Assembly: GCA_021789945.1 (NCBI GenBank)
Contig: JAJYIS010000005.1
Coordinates: forward strand, 1 to 40,895
Direction: 5' to 3'
Origin: Thermoplasmata archaeon
Lineage (GTDB): Archaea > Thermoplasmatota > Thermoplasmata > UBA10834
Length of the DNA: 40,895 nt
Both the position numbers and the translations under genes were made by a program. Of the stretch, positions 35,365-40,895 are shown piece by piece (the first letter of the stretch is position 1; each line of letters opens with the position of its first letter). The notes under the pieces are model-generated. The model did no database searches. It saw nothing but the letters and a program-made list of their open reading frames with translations, and was not told the origin of the DNA.

Positions 35365-36045
35365 TCAGCAGCCCGCAATCAAGCTATCGTCGTCCACGTC
35401 GATGTTCCTTATCGAGGCCCCTCCAGGCGTCACGAAATAGGGTCCAAGAGATTCCTTCCACTCTTTCGGTGACGCGAGACGCATCGTCCTGCTGATGAAG
35501 GTTATCTCCGCGTCCACAACCCCCTCCTGCGATCTTATGTAGTCGTTGACAAAGGCCTCTATGTGGTTTCTACTTCTTGCCAACACTGAAACCATTATCG
35601 ACGCTCCGGGGGACTGGAACGTGTGCGTGATGTAGTTGATGATGATGTCCCGACCTGGCTTCAGCTCCCCGATGGTCTCGTATATCCGGCTCAGGTGGCT
35701 GGGGATTGCGTCGATGGTGATCGTGAACCTGGACAGGTCTCTATGGTGCTCCTGGGGGGTCTTGAAGAACATCATCTTTGCCAGGTTGATCACCCAGATT
35801 CCGCGGACATTCTCAATCGTCGCGATGTGATTCAAGAGGAAGTCCGCGAGGGCGTCGGGATTTGCCGCGTCGACTATGAGACTCGTATCTTCCTGCAGAT
35901 GCCTGTGCGTCATGTAGATCAGCTTCACTTTGTCGGTCTGCCAGCTCGTGTGCTGTTCAGCGACATGGTCCCAGACCTTGTCGAAGATCTGCGTCGACAC
36001 TCCTTTCTTCGGGTCATGCTTCGTCAACGGAACGTGAATTCTCAC
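35365..36045 (-). CDS. hypothetical protein (226 aa) in the same low-GC patch, convergent with 34542-35312
   Basis: About 50% GC. AT-rich TATA-like boxes on the minus strand at about 36088-36096 and 36115-36124, upstream of start 36045. No family recognised. Confidence 0.45.
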   Translation of the reverse strand: MRIHVPLTKHDPKKGVSTQIFDKVWDHVAEQHTSWQTDKVKLIYMTHRHLQEDTSLIVDAANPDALADFLLNHIATIENVRGIWVINLAKMMFFKTPQEHHRDLSRFTITIDAIPSHLSRIYETIGELKPGRDIIINYITHTFQSPGASIMVSVLARSRNHIEAFVNDYIRSQEGVVDAEITFISRTMRLASPKEWKESLGPYFVTPGGASIRNIDVDDDSLIAGC

Positions 36046-36320
36046 TAGACTGAACGTTTTGCCACCACACTTCGGGCTAACCCTATGGATTTAATAATTG
36101 AATAGGTTTCCGCATTTAAATATGGGAGGTAAGCCAGACCAATGTTGAAAGATGTGCAATGAATGGTGGGTGGGAGGGAGTGTCAAGAATCATAACGGCG
36201 AAAGTCGTTACGTGTATGGCCTTTGTCTAGGTGAACGGTCAAAGGCAATTGAACAATCATCGAAGGGGATGCGAATGAGTCTTGTGGCAGCGGCTCGTTT
36301 GATGTGTGGGGTGAAGGCAG

Positions 36321-39300
36321 ATGCCTGAGGGGGATGTCGTGGGGGCCGCCCTCGTGATCGGCGGTGGCCCAGCTGGGATCCAAGCTGCTCTGGACCTTGC
36401 CAATTCCGGCTTCAGAGTTCATGTCGTCGAGGAAGGGCCAAGCATCGGTGGCACGATGGCCAAGCTCGACAAGACCTTCCCAACGAACGACTGCTCGATG
36501 TGCATTCTCTCGCCCAAGATGTCGGACTGCAACGGGAACCCGAACATCGATTTGATGGCGTACTCAGAAGTCAAATCCGTCGAAGGGAAGGCGGGAGACT
36601 TCAGGGTCAAGGTGCTGAGGAAGGCGAGGTTTGTCGATGAGTCGAAGTGCACTGGCTGCGGCGACTGCGTCCCCGTCTGCCCTGTCACCGTTCCGAGCGA
36701 ATTCGATATGGGCCTGGCGAACCGGAAGGCGGTCTACATGCCATTCCCCCAGGCCGTCCCCGGCATCGTCACCATAGATAGGCGAGGGGTGGCCGCGTGT
36801 ACTGACGCATGCCCTGGGGGCCTGAGTGCCCAGGGATACGTGGCTCTCATCGCCCAGGGGAAGTTCAAGGAGGCCTTGGCCCTCATTCGTGAAACGGTTC
36901 CGTTGCCCTCGGTATGCGGCCGCATCTGTCATCATCCGTGCGAGGAGGCGTGTCTTCGGAAGGAGATCGACGCCCCGGTGGCCATAGCGGCGCTGAAGAG
37001 TTGCGTGAGGGACTTGGCCGGGGGCGAAGGGATGGGTCCTCCAGCCCCGACCGAGAAGCGGAAGGAGAAGGTGGCGATAGTTGGCGCTGGACCGGCCGGT
37101 CTGACGGCCGCCTATCGCCTCGCATTGAAAGGGTTCGGGGTGAAGATCTTCGAGGCCACGGCGAAGCCTGGAGGGATGTTGTGGTGGGGCATCCCCGAGT
37201 ACCGGTTGCCAAAGGCGGTTCTCAAGGCCGATGTGGACTTCGTGCTCAGAGCGGGAATAGACGTTCAATACAACACCATCGTCGGGAAGGATGTCACCCT
37301 GGACCGACTGCGAACAGAGTATGACGCGGTCTTTGTCGCGATCGGCGCTCACAGGAGCCTGAAGCTCGGCGTTGATGGAGAGGACCTCGAAGGGGTGATG
37401 CACAGCACGGATTTCCTCAGAAAGGTGGCGAGGGGCGAGAAGGTCGCTCTCGGGAAGAAGGTCGCGGTGGTCGGAGGCGGAAACGCCGCTATGGACGCGG
37501 CCAGGACAGCGATGAGACTGGGCTCCGAGGCGTTCATCCTCTACAGGCGGACGCTTGAGGAGATGCCAGCGATCAGGTCCGAGATAGATGCTGCCAAGGA
37601 GGAAGGGGTGGAGATGCGGTTCCTCGTCGCTCCAGCGCGCATACTCGGAAAGCGCGGGAAGGTCAAGGCCATCGAATGCGTCAAGATGGAGCTCGGTGAG
37701 CCTGACGAGTCGGGGAGGCGGAAGCCGGTCCCCATCAAGGGCTCCGAGTTCACCATCGAGGCCGACAACGTGATCCCTGCCATCAGCCAGGCCCCGGACC
37801 TTGAACACCTTTCTGCGATAGACCTTGCGGCGACCGAATGGGAGACGATCAAGGTCGACTCGGACAATCTCAGCACCAGCCTTCGGGGCGTGTTCGCAGG
37901 TGGGGACGCGGTCACCGGCCCGGCGTCGGCGATCGAGGCGATAGCCGCTGGGAACATGGCGGCGAAGTACATCGAGAGGTACCTCAGAGGCGACTCGATC
38001 GAGCCAGACCTCAAAGCTCCGGATAGGTACGTCGTGTCCCTGGAGGACGTCAAGGCGCGGATGAGAGGGCAGATACCGCTCAGGGAGCGAGTTCGCAGGG
38101 AGCGGATCCCGCTTCAGAAGAGAAGGACCACGTTCAAGGAGATCGAGCGGACATTCTTCAGGGAAGAGGCCGTGGAGGAGGCCTCGCGCTGCCTCGGTTG
38201 CGGCCCGTGCTCCATGTGCGGCCAGTGTGCGCCCGCCTGCAAGAGGGAGGCCATCAACTACGATTCAAGGGACCAGGAGGTCGAGCTGCACGTCGGATCC
38301 ATCATCCTCGCCCCCGGGTACTCGGTGTTCGACACCTCAACCAAGGTCGAGTACGGTCACGGGATCTATCCGAACGTGCTCACGAACGTCGAGTTCGAGA
38401 GGATGCTCAGCGCCTCCGGCCCGACTCAGGGGCATATCGCGAGGCCCTCCGACCACACCGTTCCGAAGAGAATAGCGTTCATCCAGTGCGTAGGCTCGAG
38501 GGATGCTCAGACGGGGAACACCTACTGCTCCTCCTATTGCTGCATGGCCGCACTCAAGCAGGCGGTGATAGCCAAGGAGCATGTGCCAGGCCTCCGCTCG
38601 AAGATATTCTTCATGGATACGAGGGCGTTTGGCAAGGAGTTCGAGGAATACCTGTCGAGGGCCGAGAACGAGTACGGTGTCGAGATCGAGCGAAACAACA
38701 GGGTGCCCAATGTGACGGAGGACCCCACGACCCACAACCTCTCCCTGATACATCACGTCGGACCGGAAATCCTGGAAGACGAGTTCGAGATGGTCATCCT
38801 GTCAGCGGGCGCGAGGCCCCCCGTCTCGGCTGCCAAGGCCGCGAAGACCATGGGTCTCCAGCTGAACAAGTTCGGGTTCTGCGAGACGGACGAGCTCACA
38901 CCCGTGGACACCTCCGTGCCCGGCGTATACGTGTGCGGCATGTTCTCAGGCCCGAAGGACATACCCGATTCGATCGCCCAGGCGAGCGGCGCTGCAGGGA
39001 AGGTCGCTGCGCTGCTGTCGAAGGAGAAGGGCAAGCTCGTGCGGACAAAGGAATACCCCCACGAGAAGGATGTGGCTCAGAAGACTCCCAGGATCGGAGT
39101 GTTCATCTGCCACTGCGGGATCAACATCGGGTCTGTTGTGGATGTTCCATCAGTGGTCGAGTACGCATCGAAGCTCCCGAATGTGGTCTACGCGGAGCAC
39201 AATCTCTACACCTGCTCCAGCGACACTTTAAAGAAGATCAAGTCTGTCATCGAGCAGCACAATCTGAACAGGGTGGTTGTCGGGGCATGCACGCCGAGGA

Positions 39301-40736
39301 CGCACGAGCCCCTGTTCCAGAACGCCTGTCGCGAGGCTGGCCTCAACAGGTACCTATTCGAGATGGCCAACATCAGGGACCAGTGCTCATGGGTGCACAG
39401 GGAGGAACCGGAGAGGGCAACGAAGAAGGCAAAGGACCTTCTCAGGATGGCGGTCATGCGGGTCTCGGGTCTCGAGCCGCTCTCACAGGCGAAGATACCG
39501 GTGACGCCAGTCGCGCTCGTGATCGGAGGAGGCCTCAGCGGCATGTCGGCAGCCCTGGAGATCGCGAACGCGGGCTACGAGGTCCACATGGTGGAGAGGG
39601 AGAAGGAGCTGGGAGGACATCTCAGGCGGATCTACCACACTCTCTCGGGCGTCGACCCGCAGGAGACCTTCAGGAAGCTCGAGCGAGATCTCGCGGGCCA
39701 CAGGAACGTCAGGCTCCATCTGGGAGATGAGGCTCTGGAGGTCAAGGGATACGTGGGCAACTTCGAGACGACGCTAAGGAGTGGCGAGAAGATCAAGCAC
39801 GGAGCCGTTGTGGTCGCCACCGGCGCGGTCGAGTACACCCCGACGGAGTACCTGTACGGCAAGAATCCGAGGGTCATCAAGCAGACCGACCTCGGACGCC
39901 TGCTGGAGCAGAAGCACTTCAGCGCGAAGAACGTGGTGATCATCCAGTGCGTCGGATCGAGGACCAAGGAGCACCCGAACTGCTCTAGGATATGCTGCTC
40001 GACCGCGATGGCCAATGCCATCAAGATGAAGAAGGAGCACCCAGACACGAACGTGTTCGTTCTCTACAGGGACATCAGGACCTACGGGTTCGCAGAAGAG
40101 CACTACAACGAGGCCGCGAACCTCGGGATGCTGTTCCTGAGGTACGACCCTTCGGCTCCGCCCAGAGTTGTCGAGGAGGGACGGGACCTCTTCGTCGAGG
40201 TGGAGGAGCAGTTCATCGAGAGCTTGGTGAGGGTGAGGGCGGACTATGTCGTTCTCAACGCTGCCATTCACCCGAACCCAGACAACAAGGAGCTGGCGAC
40301 GATGCTCAAGGTGCCGCTCACCAAGGAAGGCTACTTCCTCGAGGCCCATGTGAAGTTGCGGCCGGTGGACTTCTCGACCGATGGCATGTTCGTGTGCGGC
40401 CTGGCGCATTCCCCGAGGCTGATAGGCGAGAGCATCTCGCAGGCGCTCGCGGCAGCGGCCAGGGCCATCACGGTGCTCTCGAAGCCTTTCATCGAGGCCG
40501 AGGGAGTGGTAAGCACTGTCGACGAGAGCAAATGCACTGGCTGCGGGACGTGCATCGATATCTGCCCATATGGCGCGATGAGGAAGAACGAGCGCGGCTT
40601 CGCGGAGGTCGTCGTCGCCGCGTGCAAAGGATGCGGGAACTGTGCGGCGACCTGCCCCGAGTTGGCCGTCTCGATTGCGAACTACAGCGACGAGCAGCTG
40701 CTGGCAGAGGCGAAGGCCGCATTCGAAGGACTGTGA
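36321..40736 (+). CDS. giant HdrA-like flavoprotein with an inserted GltD/NfnB-like NAD(P)H-binding module and C-terminal 2x[4Fe-4S] ferredoxin (HdrL-type fusion)
   Basis: Residues 1-170 are an HdrA-type FAD domain ('ALVIGGGPAGIQAALDLA', 'CTGCGDCVPVCPV'). Residues about 170-560 are GltD-like ('VAIVGAGPAGLTAA', 'VAVVGGGNAAMDAA', 'GVFAGGDAVTG'). Then the HdrA inserted Cys domain 'GVFICHCGINIGSVVD...VVVGACTPRTHEPLF', a second FAD domain 'ALVIGGGLSGMSAALEIA', and a terminal 'CTGCGTCIDICPYGA...CKGCGNCAATCPE'. Total 1471 aa. Confidence 0.8.
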   Translation: MPEGDVVGAALVIGGGPAGIQAALDLANSGFRVHVVEEGPSIGGTMAKLDKTFPTNDCSMCILSPKMSDCNGNPNIDLMAYSEVKSVEGKAGDFRVKVLRKARFVDESKCTGCGDCVPVCPVTVPSEFDMGLANRKAVYMPFPQAVPGIVTIDRRGVAACTDACPGGLSAQGYVALIAQGKFKEALALIRETVPLPSVCGRICHHPCEEACLRKEIDAPVAIAALKSCVRDLAGGEGMGPPAPTEKRKEKVAIVGAGPAGLTAAYRLALKGFGVKIFEATAKPGGMLWWGIPEYRLPKAVLKADVDFVLRAGIDVQYNTIVGKDVTLDRLRTEYDAVFVAIGAHRSLKLGVDGEDLEGVMHSTDFLRKVARGEKVALGKKVAVVGGGNAAMDAARTAMRLGSEAFILYRRTLEEMPAIRSEIDAAKEEGVEMRFLVAPARILGKRGKVKAIECVKMELGEPDESGRRKPVPIKGSEFTIEADNVIPAISQAPDLEHLSAIDLAATEWETIKVDSDNLSTSLRGVFAGGDAVTGPASAIEAIAAGNMAAKYIERYLRGDSIEPDLKAPDRYVVSLEDVKARMRGQIPLRERVRRERIPLQKRRTTFKEIERTFFREEAVEEASRCLGCGPCSMCGQCAPACKREAINYDSRDQEVELHVGSIILAPGYSVFDTSTKVEYGHGIYPNVLTNVEFERMLSASGPTQGHIARPSDHTVPKRIAFIQCVGSRDAQTGNTYCSSYCCMAALKQAVIAKEHVPGLRSKIFFMDTRAFGKEFEEYLSRAENEYGVEIERNNRVPNVTEDPTTHNLSLIHHVGPEILEDEFEMVILSAGARPPVSAAKAAKTMGLQLNKFGFCETDELTPVDTSVPGVYVCGMFSGPKDIPDSIAQASGAAGKVAALLSKEKGKLVRTKEYPHEKDVAQKTPRIGVFICHCGINIGSVVDVPSVVEYASKLPNVVYAEHNLYTCSSDTLKKIKSVIEQHNLNRVVVGACTPRTHEPLFQNACREAGLNRYLFEMANIRDQCSWVHREEPERATKKAKDLLRMAVMRVSGLEPLSQAKIPVTPVALVIGGGLSGMSAALEIANAGYEVHMVEREKELGGHLRRIYHTLSGVDPQETFRKLERDLAGHRNVRLHLGDEALEVKGYVGNFETTLRSGEKIKHGAVVVATGAVEYTPTEYLYGKNPRVIKQTDLGRLLEQKHFSAKNVVIIQCVGSRTKEHPNCSRICCSTAMANAIKMKKEHPDTNVFVLYRDIRTYGFAEEHYNEAANLGMLFLRYDPSAPPRVVEEGRDLFVEVEEQFIESLVRVRADYVVLNAAIHPNPDNKELATMLKVPLTKEGYFLEAHVKLRPVDFSTDGMFVCGLAHSPRLIGESISQALAAAARAITVLSKPFIEAEGVVSTVDESKCTGCGTCIDICPYGAMRKNERGFAEVVVAACKGCGNCAATCPELAVSIANYSDEQLLAEAKAAFEGL

Positions 40737-40764
40737 AGTCCGGGGGGACACGGACCTCTCGGCT

Positions 40765-40895
40765 CTCTACTTCCCTCGCTCTCCCACCATTCGCAGGAAA
40801 TGCTCGTGGAGCCGAGTGTCCTCTGCGAGTTCGGGATGGAAGGTCAGGCCTAGGGTCTTCCCCTCCTGGACCGCTACCATCTTCCCATCGAGCTT
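40765..40895 (-). CDS. pdxT: pyridoxal 5'-phosphate synthase glutaminase subunit PdxT, C-terminal fragment (gene continues beyond the window)
   Basis: Minus-strand translation '...KLDGKMVAVQEGKTLGLTFHPELAEDTRLHEHFLRMVGEREGK*' matches the conserved PdxT C-terminus (FHPELT...H..F). Confidence 0.5.

Overview
This 40.9 kb window is high-GC (about 62-66%, with one patch near 50%) and dense in coding sequence. It is almost certainly archaeal: it carries gatD/gatE, ribosomal protein S17e, FtsZ, an NFACT/Rqc2 homologue, ThyX, AT-rich TATA-like boxes 25-45 nt upstream of start codons in otherwise GC-rich DNA, and many leaderless or overlapping gene junctions. I suspect a Thermoplasmata-like euryarchaeon from sequence feel alone, but lineage cannot be assigned without a search. 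No CRISPR array, rRNA, transposase or integrase was seen. Two tRNAs are present: Arg-GCG (with an atypical 2-nt spacer between D and anticodon stems) and Thr-GGU.

Most of the window is housekeeping: tRNA-dependent amidotransferase GatDE, protein-L-isoaspartate methyltransferase, ThyX, S17e, an ABC-2 exporter, endonuclease IV, FtsZ, FeoB, a flotillin-like protein and a pdxT fragment at the 3' edge. Interspersed with these are several less ordinary loci:
- A non-pyrrolysine MttB-superfamily methyltransferase (no internal amber codon) sits divergently from a GlcF/GlcD-like Fe-S/FAD oxidoreductase pair, followed by a small ORF and a CoA-transferase::GNAT fusion. No corrinoid protein is present.
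- An iron locus with a DtxR::FeoA fusion and FeoB. It is preceded by a perfect palindrome, TTAGGCGCGCCTAA, wedged between the TATA box and a leaderless start.
- A tightly coupled operon of a UbiA prenyltransferase and a radical-SAM/SPASM enzyme.
- A roughly 1.5 kb patch of about 50% GC carrying two convergent orphan genes.
- A 1471-aa HdrA-like protein with an inserted GltD/NfnB-like NAD(P)H module (HdrL-type), with no hdrBC nearby.
- A 624-aa membrane-anchored, sequon-rich coiled-coil surface protein built from imperfect heptad/22-aa repeats.
- A class-A beta-lactamase-like protein with no signal peptide.

Many long ORFs in the six-frame track are shadow frames of real GC-rich genes and were rejected. 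Several ORF starts in the track are GTG/TTG, and start coordinates were adjusted where an internal ATG matched family N-termini.
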